Below, piece after piece: positions 27,615 through 42,000 of a stretch of DNA of 64,000 nt (position 1 is the first letter of the stretch; the number at the start of each line of letters is the position of its first letter). The DNA lies in the NCBI GenBank assembly GCA_964016885.1, contig OZ024743.1, positions 59,396,001-59,460,000 on the forward strand. The letters are read 5' to 3'. Made by a program: the position numbers and the translations under genes. The stretch is from Eledone cirrhosa. Taxonomy: Eukaryota. The notes below the pieces were generated by a model. It saw only the letters and a list, made by a program, of their open reading frames with translations. It ran no database searches and had not been told where the DNA came from.

Positions 27615-30600
27615 GGTTGTGAGAAGGAGTACTCTATACTATAGTAGTGATTACTAGTTTTAAATTCGAGTTAAAAGCTATCGTGTTAAATTCAAAATAC
27701 TTTACTATGTCTAGCTATACTATAATACAAGTGATGTGTATATAAGAACCATTAATCTGGATACCAAAATATGGAATGTTACGCGATGCCCTACCCCCAA
27801 CAACGGCCCCCAACCCACCCAACACACACACGCACAGCCCCGGCCGACAGAATGGAGAAGGCGTTCCCATGGAGGACGGAAAGGGAGACGCGCTGGAAAA
27901 GCCACTCCAACTCGCGGATTTCACACCTGCATCTGGCCAGCTCAGCGCCTATGGTGGTGAGTAGGCCGAGGGCACCAGAAGTCTCCACTGCCAGAGGTAC
28001 AACCGCAAAGCTGTCGGACAGCGACCGGTATCTGAGGAGCTTGGCCTCCTCAGCCCGACGTGCAGCAGGTTGCGGCTGCAGAAAGTGTCGGTGCACGTAG
28101 CATCCTAGACAGACGATGGCTTTAACACCGCGGACGGGGAAGATGGTCATGTCATCTGGCCTTTTGCCGTCTCCTCGGTCCAGCAGCTCGAGTTGTGAAT
28201 GGAAGCCCACAGCGTCCAAACCATGCTTTATGAGCTCGTTGAGGGTAGCATGGCATGGAAGGCGGCCGGAACTGGTGCGACAGGAAAGCAGGTGGAGGCC
28301 GAAAGAGTACACGGTGGATCCGCAGCGACATTGCTGTGGCTCGCAGATCCGGAGGCCGAGCCTCAAGGAAACGCTGATGCGCAGGCTATTGTTGTCTAGC
28401 TGCGTGCCAGTGGAGAAGGAGGGCCGGGCTTGGAGCCAGGCACGACTGTGGGGTTTGGAGGCCGCACGAAAGCAGGCAAGGCGGTGCTGGTAGAGCTGGT
28501 GCGTGAGCGTGTCTGGGGCCTGGCTGCACTGGATGGCATCCCAGGGGGAGAAGGAGTAGGGACCTCTACTGGGCTAAGTCCCAGCCCTTCCACGTCACAG
28601 GCGGCCTCACGTTATCTGAACACAGAGTGTTCTATTGTGTTTTGAAAAACCCTGCTGACAAGGACGCGGCACGAGATTACCGACGAAAGATACGCCGGCA
28701 AAGACAGCGAGATCCGGTACCGGAGGCCAAGGTCGCTATACCTAACAGGTAAAGTGGCCTGTTGCCATCCAATGTCGTCAAACTTGACGATAGATATCTC
28801 CTCGGCTGCTGCTTGGATACAAGTATCGAGGTCAGCGAGGAGAGATGTGTGGGTGCAGCACGGAGTACTGCGAAGGGTATAGAGGAGCTTCGGCATGGCG
28901 AAGCAGTTCCTCAACAGAAAGAGAGCTGGGTGGCCGTCGATCAAGCCCAGTCGGCTCGTGAGAGTCTGGAGTTGTTGAAGCCTGGACCTGATGGTTGAGC
29001 TGATGGCCGGCGGGTGGATCGGTGGCCCGAGGATGAGGACATCTTCTTTGGGGTCACCTGTACCTGGTGGAGAATGGACCGCACGTCCGAGCCGGAGGCT
29101 GCAGAGCTATCAGCATCATGGCTGACATTTACCACCTCCGACTTGGCCGAGTTGACCTGGAGGCCGATTCTTGCCAGGGCAGTAACCACCGATTTTAGGT
29201 CATGGCAGACTGTCTGTACGGGCCCGCCCAACATAGCATCATCCAGATACCAAACGTTGGGAGGGACCATGATACTCCGGGCGATGTGGTCTATACCAAG
29301 GGCGAACCGGGGGAGTCCAAAAGGCTCGCTCTGTTTGACCCCAGTAGCCGAATGTATGACCGTATCAGCAGCAAGGAGCATGTTCGAGGCTCCATACGAC
29401 AGGTAGGCCAGCGGGTAAACAGAGAGGGCCCGGCTGAGGCAAGTATCGAGCAGATGGTCCCGGCGCAAGCAGTTGAAAGCATTCCTCATGTCAAGCTTGA
29501 CAATGAGTTGCCTGGAGTCCCTGGAAGCATGTTCCGGTGGGCAGCTGTTGAAGAACTGCCTGGTTGCGTGTGCGGCCTCCTCACAGCCACCGGACAGGCC
29601 GACACCCAGTTGTACCGGACTGAAATCCTCACCCAGTGCGGGTGTTATGGATCTGCAGTCCACCTTGGAAGCCAGCCTCCGGAAGACATTGCCCACAGTG
29701 ATGGGGCGTATGCAACTCTCTTTCTTCCTGAGAGCGGTGAGGCAGGCCGAAAGAAAGAGGCATCGGGGGTGAGGCTCCATGGTGCCATGGATGAGCCTAT
29801 TGGTGAACGTCACAATTGCACTCATAAGGCGGCACCCGACCTCAGAGGAGAGGGGGGATAGCAACTCTTTAAGGTCGCCTGGTCAGAAACCATCAGCACC
29901 TCCGCTGCTGCAACTGGGAAGGACATGATGGCAGACATGATGTCTGCGTCGGAAGCCACAAGGATCAAGTTGGGGTCGGGTGGTGGTATGGATCTGAGAT
30001 CAGAGGGTGGCTCAGGGTGTTTGAGTCGCAGGGCAGCCAGGACCTCCTCGGTGTGTTGGCGGACAGTGTCCTCTGAGGCAACCACTCTGACTGTGGCCGA
30101 GACATCCCCCATGATTAATTTAACATTTACGCAGTCACGCAAACGTTTGGCGCTGGCCTCAGGGGTGGAGGATTGGGGGGTACCCGAGTGTGGGGTGTGC
30201 GGCGTCCCTGGGTACGCTTGGAATGGGCGTTTGCCCAAAGGACGAAACATTGGCCTTGGCGAAGGCTGCTGTCGACCGGCCGCCCCGGTCAGTGCCACAG
30301 CCTGGGTGGCCGAGGGAGAGTGGGGAGAAATAAAAGAGTCGCTCACAGTCGCTGGCTCGATTGGAGTCCAGAGCGCTCTCAATCGAGGAAGCGATGGCAT
30401 CGGCTACCGGCACCTGGGCCGCTTTCGGGATCCTGAGTGTGATCTTCCGGAGCCGCCTGAGCCGAGCAATGTTGACCAGCGACGCTTGGGCATTAGGAAA
30501 GCTCCTTGTCTCATCCGGTGGTCTGCCACACGGCCGTGGCTGGGCAGATGAGGGGAAGAGGCAGTTCCTGCCTCTCCATGTTTCGAGGGCACTGAAAGCT

Positions 30601-30668
30601 CAACGTGTCAAGCCAACACAGGTGAGGTGCTGGAAGCAGCCGCACCCCGAACAGTTCCGGCCCCTCAA
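27613..30668 (-). mobile_element. CRE-clade non-LTR retrotransposon (RT plus RLE), pseudogenised, flanked by TA/TG microsatellites
   Basis: LRLKHP, LTALRKKESCIRPITVGNVFRRLASK, QLGVGLSGGCE, KLDMRNAFN, GVKQSEP, WYLDD, ATLPVRYSDLG, C.CG......HLLSC, GKRPDDMT, VPLAVETSGALG. GC-rich. Confidence 0.88.
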
Positions 30669-30678
30669 GTGTGTGTGT

Positions 30679-30716
<38 letters not shown>

Positions 30717-31436
30717 CTCTTTTTCTTCCTTGCTGTCCAGATTTTATCCACGGAAATCAGTTAAACTATGTATGGTTGTCTAGAGATATTTATGTCTATG
30801 TTTGTCTATGTCTCGTTTACAATTAATATTCCTCCCCTCATATTGTTCATATGTTCCGAACGATGCCTTTCTAATCTGGAAATACCGCACTGCAGAAATG
30901 CGCAGTTCGACCGGGTGTTTACACCGATTTTCTTCTGATTCTCTCGGATATCCTTTTGCTCTTAACAACTTTTTGCCAGATCCTAGTAGCATATACGTGT
31001 TGTTAGTGATCACTATGATTATAAACCCGGTTGAATATTTATGTCCCGCTAAGGTACCTGTTTGTCTGCTTTTGCGTCTGCCACACATTATTCGGTCCCT
31101 CGTATTATTCTTCATTCGAGGGCCTCCTAATTTGGGAGTATTGTCTTGGCAGGTCGGTAAGCTATAGCTTCCCGATATTTTACCTACCGATAAATCTCTT
31201 CGTCAGAAGATCAGCGTTTCTGTATCGTCCTGTCTGCTCTTGGTTTGTGTCATTTCTAAGCCGTTTAATTATCTTTGTTTTATCACATTCCAGTGCAACA
31301 CTTATATCTCGTGATCTCACTAACATTTGGTTTAATACATACATACACACACAGAAACACACTCGAACACACCTATGAAAAGAGTTGCAGAGCATACAAG
31401 CCGAAACCACTTGGCGCTGCGATCGGGATTTTACAT

Positions 31437-31459
31437 ATCTCTCTCTCTCTCTCTCTCTC

Positions 31460-31520
<61 letters not shown>

Positions 31521-31549
31521 CCCCCTCTCTTTCTCTCTCTCTCTCTCTC

Positions 31550-31605
<56 letters not shown>
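31437..31605. repeat. (CT)n microsatellite
   Basis: Direct reading. Confidence 0.97.
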
Positions 31606-31606
<1 letters not shown>

Positions 31607-32719
31607 ATATATATAACCACAAACACACACATATATATGCATTCATGTGTGTGATATGAACTTTTTTTAATATACTGGAGCGATTGTTCATTCGCTTTTT
31701 GAAGAAATGATATGTACCAGGGTCGGGCAGTCTATTTGCTGCGAACACCCGCTAAGTGGAGGACCGCTAACGGTGACAAGGCGATAAACAACGACAACTA
31801 ACAATTACAACAATAACAACAACGGCACAAGTACCAATTCCATCTTAACAACAACAACAACAACAACAACAACATCATTCAGATAATTAATATCGACATT
31901 CAACAATAACATAGCCAATATCAGTGACAACTTGAATACCTACGACAACGACAGCAATGACAAAAACAACAGCAAGAGCGACAACAACAAATTATTTATG
32001 CCAAAAACAAAACAACACCCAATCTCTCTCAATCAAGGAAGCAACGACAGTACACAAAAACAATCACAACTAACTCATCAAACAGAGTTCGACAAAGAAC
32101 TATAATTCACAAATCAACAATAAACAGGGAAACAGCCCCGACAGTACGACAATAGAATCCATTTCTTCACTAGGAAAGGAGTTCACAACCCGGCATGTGA
32201 AAATACTGGCAGTCAAGCAGCTAGAGAAGAATACCCAAATGAGAATAATACGGGCAACAAAATACCAGCCATTTAAGATCAAAAGGAGTCGAGAAGCCCA
32301 AGCTCGGTGAGAATTATCAAGACCATTTCCTACCTAGAGACTATACGTTTTAAACGCGTCATGGTTGACTTTTCACTCAGCAGAGGAGACTGTTATGAGC
32401 TATAATATTCTCTTATTAATTCTTTTCTATAATAGCAAATAGCAGATACAATATAGAAATGCTATTTTGAATTGAGTACGAAAGTGCGGCGCAGTATAAA
32501 ATGAAGTGCATGAAAGAATGCTGCTTTTACTTAATATATAATCACACGTCATAATTGTTGGGCAGCCATGATAGACGCATTAGATGACAGGACCATCTTT
32601 TAGACGGTGAGCAGAACAAGTTTGAAAAAAAGCCTTCTTTTGAATTGGTGCACAATTGGAGAAAAGTAAAAAGCTAATGCCTTGAAGCAACAAATGCCAA
32701 TACCCACACACACCTCAAC

Positions 32720-32856
32720 TAAATCGACGCCAGTATGATACTACTTTATTTTATCTAGCCTGTAAGGATGAAAGGCAAAGTTAACTCACGCAGGATTTAA
32801 ACTCAGAACGTAAAGGGGCGTAACTTTTGTCTGGCGCTATACCTATACTGCCAATC
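32720..32856 (-). mobile_element. Degenerate tRNA-SINE
   Basis: actttattttatc...aaggatgaaaggcaaagttaac...ggatttaaactcagaacgtaaagggg...tactgccaatc. Confidence 0.75.
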
Positions 32857-34470
32857 AAATAAAAAAAATGAGATGGCAATATAGGCGAAAAACAACAACA
32901 ATAACGACTACAAGCGCCACAGTAGCAACAACATGGATGAAAACCAGCCAAAATGTTAAAAAGCCACCTACAAATCTTGCCATCAAGGCCAACACAACAA
33001 ATGACACTACAACAAACACCACCATCTCCACCATGTACATCAACACCACCACGGCCACAGCTCTCCCTACCGGCGTCACAACCTGCACCTCATACATTGC
33101 AACAATTTCCTTTTTGAGTACCACTGTGGTTTTGAATCCGAGGAAGAGCAATGGTACCATCAGAGTCCACAACCAAGCAACTGCAAAGGGCATTTCGTTG
33201 CAACTCCTGCAAGCATATTAGAGTAAATGAATTTTAAGGAGGAGGATTTGAGTGACACAATGCACTTAATTATAAACATGGACAGAAATAGCCCCGAACT
33301 TCCCATCCAGGTTCCGCTGTATCTAGGTGAAATCCACTTGGTGCGACAGGCGTGTGAGGGACAAATTATATAATACCCCATGTGTGTGTGTGTGACCGAC
33401 GAAGCCAATATATCCCGAGAAAGCATGATTGGAACATAAGTAGTGTTGTAAGCCTCAGACACAGAGAATACCCCACAACCTGACATTTCTGTAGTGAGAA
33501 TCTAACACTAGTACTCTCCATTTGCGAGCAGTTAATAACAAAGATGACAGTTATTCAGCTGTCACCCGAATAGCTATTACTTACTTAGTAGGCCACATAG
33601 TAGACCCGACTATTCTCAAAATATTCAATATGAAGAATAAAATCTAGTCAAGTATAGAGATGGAACTCCCCATCAAAACCTAGCCAGGAGTGTGTAGAAG
33701 GCTTAAATGACCTGATAGATTACTTGAACGGTACATAGCTTGCGGAGGTTTTAGAGCATAGAGAAGCATTGTTTAATACATGTGGCGTCGTGTCACACTT
33801 AATAACATTCCGTCTGCAGATGATTACGAGGGACGGAAAAATTACATTTGTGCCGACACCGCATTCTCAAAAGCAAAAATCCACAAAAGCAGCAACAACT
33901 GCAGCAGGAACTATGATAACAGCATCGATATGACAGCAGCAGCACCAACATGAAAATAAGTAGTCATAGCAACAACAAATCCTATAATATCGGAATCAGA
34001 ATCTCACCACCACGCAGCGAGTTCATATTCTGAAACGTGGCTGATATTAATGGCGATTAACAGACTGTCTCCAAAATAAGTGAAAAGAGAAAAAATTAAA
34101 ATAAAAAAATAATAATTTGTCTAGCCTTGCCCATGAAAAACGGGGGCAGGAGAGAAAAGATAGTCACAAGGCTATAAATGGCACCAGCATCAATTTCACT
34201 ACTACCTGTACAGCCCCATGCACCAAAGACAGCTTAAATTAAATTTCTAGACCAAACGGAAACACAAACCTGTCCACACTAACTTCACCGAAATAATCTA
34301 AAAGAAATTAATATAAATTTCAAGGCATTAAGTAAAAGCAACGACGTAGGAATGGAAGACCTGCATGCAACAACAGAAACAAAACACAATCAACACATCA
34401 CCCCTACATTTAATCTATCAACACTAATAAAATTAATTTCAAACACAGTGCTTAGAACACAAACACTACC

Positions 34471-35125
34471 ATCTTCTTCTTCTTCTTCTTCTTCTTCTTC
34501 TTCTTCTTCTTCTTCTTCTTCTTCTTCTTCTTCTTCTTCTTCTTCTTTTCTTCTTCTTCTTCTTATTCTTCTTCTTCTTCTTCTTCTTCTTCTTCTTCTT
34601 CTTCTTCTTCTTCTTCTTCTTCTTCTTCTTCTTCTTCTTCTTCTTCTTCTTCTTCTCTTCCTCTCCTCCTCCTCCTCCTCCTCCTCTTATTCTTCTTCTT
34701 CTTCTTCTTCTTCTTCTTCTTCTTCTTCTTTTGGGCAGGTCGTGGCGACAGAATCCACAAACACTTCGTCCTGCGGAACCTGTCAGAAGTAACCTTCTCC
34801 AATTGATTCGGTTGGATTCCCCTGAGTGACCAGCTGAGCTCATGGATGTTATTCAAACATCTTGCTGGGTCTACCCCAGCGTGACCGGCTGGTTTGTCTT
34901 GCCCGTAAAATCTGCCCAGTGATTTTAAACACATTCCTGTAATATCGTAGCTGTGATCTTTCAATACGGAGAAGTAGCGGCCCAATCTGGAGCGACTCTG
35001 ATTTTTGAGCTACGCACTCTATGAAGTAACGTTGCTCCAAAGACTTCTGAGGAACCCCATTTCGGCCGATTTTATTTGCGATCGTTTTCTTTCTGTCATT
35101 ATCCAAGACGCATGGCTATATTTTA
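34471..35125 (-). mobile_element. RTE-clade LINE 3' fragment with expanded (GAA)n tail
   Basis: SESLQIGPLLLRIERSQLRYY...RSRWGRP on the minus strand. (CTT)n at 34471-34730 lies at its 3' end. Confidence 0.7.
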
Positions 35126-35186
35126 AGGGTTGCTACGTATAGCGAAAATGGTTGAAAGAGTGATTATTTATATCATTATTAATAAA

Positions 35187-35745
35187 AGGCGATGGATTGG
35201 CAGTATCGGTATAGGGTCAGACACCATGCTTTGAAGCATAGAGTTACCTCCCTGTATGATCTGAGTTCAAATCCCGCCGAGGTTATCTTTGCATTTCATC
35301 CTTCCGGGGTCGATATAATAAAGTACCAGTAATGCACTGGATAATTGCTGGCCTTGTGCCAAAAGTAGAAACAATTATTAATAAAGGGAGGTGCAGAGGA
35401 AGTATTGGTAGAGCGTCGCACAACCTGCTTCTCCGTACAGAGTTACATCCCTTTACCCACTGCATTCACATCCCGCTGAGATTAGCTTTTCTTTCACCTT
35501 TACGGGGTCGATGAAACAAATTACCAGTCACGCACTGAGGTCCATTTAATCGACTTTCTCCACCCCAAAAATTGCTGGCCTTCCGCTTAAATAAGAAACC
35601 ATTATTATAATATTTATGGTGTGAGTTCAAATCCCGCCGAGGTTCACTTTGCCTTTCATCTCTAAGGGGTCGATACAATAAAGTACCAGTAATGTACTGG
35701 GGTAATTGCTGGCCTTGTGCCAATAATAGAAACAATTATTATAAT
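35187..35745 (+). mobile_element. Three head-to-tail tRNA-SINE copies
   Basis: Copies at about 35187-35380, 35385-35610 and 35620-35745 (5'-truncated), each ending agaaac(a/c)attatt. Confidence 0.85.
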
Positions 35746-35759
35746 ATTTTTTCTTGAAT

Positions 35760-36721
35760 ATTCTTATACATCCCAGTGGGCGTCAACCAGGTGCCTGGGG
35801 TGGGTGATATTTTGTTATGATACATTTTTCCAGCTATATAGATAACTGATTGTTACAAAATGTATAATAGTGGTAGTGAACCCTTTTGTCCGTGGTAACA
35901 ACGTTGTTTGCCCTCCCAACATTACATTGACAAATGCTCTTCGCAAAATATTGTCAGTACTAGTAAATAGAACATTCTGAATGTCTTTTATACAGGGTTC
36001 ACCTGGCATGTGATCCAAGAGTTTGTCAGTTACCTTGTTTATCAGACCCAGTGCTCCAACTACAACTGGAATAGTGGTGGCATTCATAACCTACTATTTT
36101 TAAACCTCGATTTCAAGAACTTTGTACTTTGAGTCTTTTCAAATATCTTGAAAGACACAAGACAATCAGTAGGTAATGACATGTCTATTATGAATTATAT
36201 TTTGTTGTTCTTATCTTTTATTATAATATCTGGTTTGTTCGCTGTGTTTGTCCTGTCAGTGTGTATTGTAAAATCCGACATTACCAATTTCAGATACCGG
36301 ATCTGGATGATGTTGATATCAGTATTTTGTTACATATGGGCTATAGGGGCTCCACCAGTGGATGTACTGCCCCACTCTGACGTGTTTGTTTTATATTCAT
36401 TCGATGCTAAGGTAGTACATGCATATATTATGTGATCTATTGTTTCAGTATTTCTTTCACAGAACCGGCATTTTGAGTCATTAGGTTTTCCTAATATGTT
36501 TGCCAGATAACTTTTTGTGGCAAAACATTGGCCTTGTGCAGTCAGAATGAAACATCGTTTCGGCTTTCAGTCATGACTGCGCCACCACTGATGCGTTTGT
36601 GTTTCGTTTACATCAGCTTACCAGATTCGAGTTAAGTACTTTGCCATGTAGTGGCTTATTTGGCCACTTTTCCTTCATTCGATCAATAGTTGCTTCCTCT
36701 GGTTTCATTTTTGTAGCCTTT

Positions 36722-36722
<1 letters not shown>
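35760..36722 (-). mobile_element. R4/Dong family C, decayed 3' fragment
   Basis: WKEKWPNKPLHGKY, CRFCERNTETIDHIIYAC, NKPDIII, IDMSLP, TTIPVVVGALG. Confidence 0.8.

Positions 36723-36799
<77 letters not shown>
36723..36799. repeat. (ATT)n microsatellite joining Dong C and Tx1-1
   Basis: Direct reading. Confidence 0.97.
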
Positions 36800-36801
<2 letters not shown>

Positions 36802-37174
36802 ATTGGCGACCTACGTAGTAAAACGTATCATCGTAAGTTCCTCCAAAGGTTTGTTATTTTCAGTTGTTCAAAATTGCCATTCATGGAACATTTTATTGTT
36901 AATTGTATATACGTGCACATACATTGTGATCTGAAAAGGACACCCAAAAAGATTGGGGCCTTGAGCCCAAAATTTAAACTTTTATAATTATCAAACAACA
37001 AATTTTTCTTTGAAACATCATGGCTGACTCAGAGTCACTCCTTTCTCACAAACTAACACCTCACACCGACACCACCATTGTAAATATTACTACGTTGCGC
37101 CAACACTAAAAAAATATAAGAAGTAGCAATATTTTAAATTTGTCTCAGGCAGACATTCATTCCCGCCATTACCA

Positions 37175-38992
37175 ATGACTGCAGGTGTTAAAGCCGCCAG
37201 CACACCACCACCGCGACAACCCCCACCCCCACCCCCACCGCGACAACCCCCACCCCCCACCACCGCAAAAACAGAAACAAAAGAAAAAAATAAATTAACT
37301 CGTGATATTGAAATGAATTCAACCAAAATGAACTCTTCCACACCGAACACCACTGACGCCACCACCACCACAACTGAAACTAAAATTAATAATAACAAAA
37401 ATAACGATAATAACAACAGCAACAATGACATTAAGAAAACCACCCTGAGTTTTGCCAGAGTAGTAAAACAGTGCGAAGCATTTCAGGTAAGTCAGGAGGA
37501 ATTAGAAGAAGCCAAAAAAATGGTAAAGAAAGATTGGTACAGGGTCAGCCTCAGCCCCCCCCCCCCCCCCCCCCCCCCCCACCCCCACCCCCACCCCCAC
37601 CTAATAAAATGGAGCATCGGCGCCTATGCACCGTGTCTTATCGAACAATTAATATAAAATCGCGCCGAGTGGAACGGGCATTCGAGTCCCAAATCCAAAA
37701 AGCTTTGGGACATGTGTGGGCAAAAAACCCCCACATCAGACGTGGAACCGTGGACGTGTTCTTTGAAACACCACAGGAGGCTAGAGAACACTCCATGGCC
37801 CCATTAAGAAGTGACGACTTCACACTCGTCCCAAGCTATTGTGGCCAGAGACTCGTAAAAATCAGGGTCACCCACGTTCCACCGGCCATCGAAATTCCCT
37901 GGCTAATAGCTGCCGTCCTCGCCGGCATCGAAGCCAACACCAAGATAATCGAAATAGCGAAAGAAAAGCAGGAGAACTGGTCCGGATCTGGGATGAAGCT
38001 CCTGATCCAAGCGGACCAAAAAAGCATTGAGGAGATCCCAGAGGTAATAGACCTCACTGACGTCAGCCACCTCACCGTAATTGTCAAGGGCAGAAGGCCT
38101 AGGTGTGTCGTTTGTGGTGAAGGAACACACCTAAGAGCTTTCTGCCCTCAGGATAAAAGGTTGAGGCCACCTCTCCTACCCACCCCAGTGACTCAACCAT
38201 CGAAACCACCAGCACCAGAGATGGCAGCAACAACATAAGCAACAACATAAGCAACTGTAACAGCAACAACCACAACAACAGTAGCAAAACCAACACCACC
38301 ACCACCCAACGCGCCATAACTAGCACCAGCGTCTACACCACCCACCACGCCACAACCAAAACTAACGCATGTGGAGGATTTTCCACTCCCCGGCCTATCA
38401 CAAGTGGAGACAGATTGTGACGACGAGGAGTGGGAAATGGTATCAGTAAAAAATAAAAAAAAACAAAAAAATAAAAAATTCTCTTCTTTCCCCCTCCAAA
38501 AACAAAAGACAGAGGGAAACAAATAAACTATCAAACAAAAAAGTTAGGACAGATATGCCACCATCCACACCAGCATCACCAACCCCATCACCATCATTAA
38601 CCCCAACACCACCATCACCTACACCACAAAAGTCACCAAAAAGCGAAACAGAAACAAACCCACAACAAACGCAAACAAAACAAAACAACCAAAACGATAC
38701 ACACTACACAGCATTACATTTGAACAACAACCAATTATTACACTACATCCAACACAACACCAGCATCACAGAAAAGACTACACAACAACCCAAAAGTTCA
38801 CACCACCTCCACACATACAAATCACTCGCATCACAGAAAACGTACATGACACTAAAATAAAAATTCCCCAAAGTCATCGGAGACTTCTGACAAGCACTCT
38901 CCAGAGTGATTTATGAGGACATTCTTCCTGAGGAGGCTACAAGCAGTGAAAAGGATGCAGAAACCATCCTTCCCCTACGAGAAGTAAGGTAA
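37175..38992 (+). pseudogene. Tx1-1 ORF1 (low-complexity N-terminus, RRM-like middle, CCHC knuckle, Pro/Thr-rich tail)
   Basis: ORFs 37175-37657, 37471-38238 and 38555-38860, joined across a poly-C run and premature stops. Confidence 0.75.
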
Positions 38993-39026
38993 GTGGTCTT
39001 TCCCATCTTTTCCACTCCATTTCAAC

Positions 39027-42000
39027 ATGACCTCACTCAGAATAGCATAAATGCGCGTGGCTTGGGGTCGTCATGGAAGCAGGGCCACCTGCTCAACGAC
39101 CTCAGGTCACTAAACATAGATGTAGTGGCCTTCAGCGAGACCAGAATCTCCGAAGCACGGGCCTTCGCACCGATCTTCGGTGGCTACGATGTGTACGCAT
39201 CTCCCAGCCGTCCGGGATCGGGGGGAGGAGTTGCTGTCTTATTCGGAGAGGTTTGGATATTTGCCATACGGGCCATCTTCCTGGACCCATAAGGTAAGTT
39301 GGTGGTGCTGGACGTGACCAGCGGAGACGGGTAAGCTTTCAGGTTAGTGGCCGTCTATTCCCCGACAGGAGCAGGGCGGCCTGATTTCTTCCGGCGTCTG
39401 GAGACCTTTCTTGGAACGTCCCGCTCTTTATGTTAGTGGGCGACTGGAACAGGATCTTAGATGCACGCTGGGACTGTGTGGGATTAGTGGATAGGGGAGG
39501 AGGGACAAGAGTCTCACCAATCTGCTCAGGCGTTTTGAACTGTCTGACAGGTACCGATTGGATTTCCCGAATGTGCCAATGTGGACTTGGACAAATCGCA
39601 TTGAGTCATCCAGATCATATCTAGATAGAGTATTTTGTAGGGAAATAGATAGGTCTAGCATAGGCTGTACACAATTCAAGATAGTCAGCTACACAGACCA
39701 CAAATTCGTGACCTGTGTGCTTGATTAGATAGGCTTCATAGACGAGGACCCGGTTACTGGAAGCTAAACGCGTCCTTACCAGCGCGCAAGGCCTACAGAG
39801 ACCTGATTAGCGAACTAGATAAGCGGGCGTTGACGGAGCTCATCGTCAACAACAAGTGGTGGTTTGCTCTTAAAAGAGCGATTAGAATAGCGTCCATTAG
39901 GTTTAGTAACGCTTTAGTTATAGAGGAAAATAGAGCAGAGGGAGAACTAGTTAGAAAATTAGACGAGGCGCTTAGCAAAGGCATCGCGACCGACGTACTT
40001 GCGGCGAAATTGGCCCTTGACCAATTCATCAATGCAAAGTACGAATGCTGCGTTGTCAGAACTAGGGTGCGTGCTCTGAGACATTGGGGACGAAAGCCGT
40101 TCAATGGGCCCTAGTGGCGGAGGCGCGTCGTGGCAACAAAGCCACGATCCGGTCTTTGGTGAACCACGACGGGCGCAAGCTACTCGATCCCGGGCAAATG
40201 TGTGAAGCTTTTCAGCGACATTTCGCACAGCTGTTCGGGGGCAGCGGCGGGCCGGATCGAGGGATGGACTTTAGTGTCTACCTCGACGGACTGCCGCGGC
40301 TCTCAGCCACTGAGGCGGAGTGTTGCGAAAAGCCGATAACATCCGCTGAAGTACGGGAGGCAATGATTGGCTGCACAATTGCCTGGTTTGGATGGTCTGC
40401 CCTATAAACTTTACGTACAGATGCCAGACTTGTTCGGAGGCCTCTTGGCGGACGTCTACTGCAACTGACAACATAACGGGAGAATTCCCAGCTCTGTGAG
40501 CCGAGGAGCTCTGGCCTTGCTGAGAAAGGTTCCGAACAAGGGGGATAACATAAATAATTTCAGGCCCATAACTCTGCTAAACACACAGTTCAATATTTTG
40601 ACCAAGGTGCTAGCAAAGAGGTTGGCGCTTGTCGTTGGTGGTCTGGTGGGAGAGGCGCAGACGTGCGCCATTACAGACATATCCATCCACGACAACCTCC
40701 ACCTCATGCGATACATCGTAGAGAGGGTAGCTAGGGAACCTGGCACGGGTGGGTCCTTGATCAATTTAGATCAGTCGAAAGCTTTCGATTGGGTCGACCA
40801 TCGTTACCTAGCGGCAGTCCTGAGGGCGGCTGGCTTTGGGCCCATCTTCAGAGGCTGGATCGCTGCCATGCACAGCGACATCTGCTCTGTGGTGAGAGTG
40901 AACGGTCACCTTTCGGAACCGTTCAACATCATGCGTTCGGTCCGCCAAAGATGATTCCTCTTTGGCCCTCATATACGTATTGAATCTCGAGCCATTACCG
41001 CACAAACTGGAGACGTTGAGGGGGTCCCGCGCGAACAAGGATGCAGAAGATCCGTGTTAGCATATGCGGACGATGTCACCGTAGTGGTATCGAACGCCAA
41101 ACATATCGAGGCGATCGGCACTACACTAAGAGAATACGAAGCGGTGACAGGAGCAATGATCCATCTGGAAAAGTCAGTGGGCCTGCAGCTCGGCACCTGG
41201 AGAGGCAGGTCCATGCCGCCCAACAGCGTCGTCGGGCGCTGTACGGACGGACCGGTAAATTGCTAGGGTCTGGTTCGGTCCAGATCTCCAGACGGACAAA
41301 AACTGGGACGAGGTGACGAGCAGGGTGGCTTCTCTCACCCAGAAATTGGCGGAGAGGAAGCTATCCCTGAAAGGTCGAGCGGAGGTGGCCAACGCGTATA
41401 TCGCGTCCGTCATCTACTACCACCTGGCCGTCGTACTTTGTCCTAAGCCCCGCCTGACTGCGCTGGAGCGTTTGCTCTTTCGCTTTTTGTGGAAGGGACG
41501 CGCTCGGATTATCAGGCGGTCCATCTGCTGTCAACACCCGCTACGTGGAGGGTTGGGCATGCCTTGGCTGATGCTGCGCAGACACGCGCTCAGGCTACGA
41601 CATCTCCACCTCTTCCTCGACGGTGATCAAGTGTGGTTGCCGTTTGCTAGACACGTCTTTCCCCAGCTCGTCTCCTTGACGGAGCTGCAGTCCTGGGTGA
41701 AGCGAAGACCGAGAGTGAGCGCTTGGAGACTGGAATGTCTTCAGGCGCTCACAGCCCTCGACCAATCGGGCAATGTGATTGGTGGAAACTCCACCTTGGC
41801 GTTCTATAGAGGATTAGTGGAGGAGAAGAGCGACGACGTACTTGGAGAAACTCTAGGCGTCGACGAAAATCGACTACCCAATCTCTTCGGAAGGACTTTC
41901 GGACCGGGGCCTATGGACAACTTCCAGAAATCACTGGCCTGGCACTGCTACCGAGGAGCTTTGCCAGTTCGGGATAAACTCTACAGGCATGGAGGTGCCG

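Noticed and set aside
31370-31420. Hammerhead-like tatgaaaa...ccgaaaccac
   Set aside because: Core and stems too degenerate to support.
32855-33221. Mucin-like or membrane-protein ORFs
   Set aside because: Low-complexity AAC/ACC sequence and its antisense translation; no gene structure.
37556-37600. Programmed frameshift in Tx1 ORF1 at a poly-C run (also 44116-44131)
   Set aside because: Homopolymer slippage or sequencing error in dead copies is simpler, and the two runs are at non-homologous positions.
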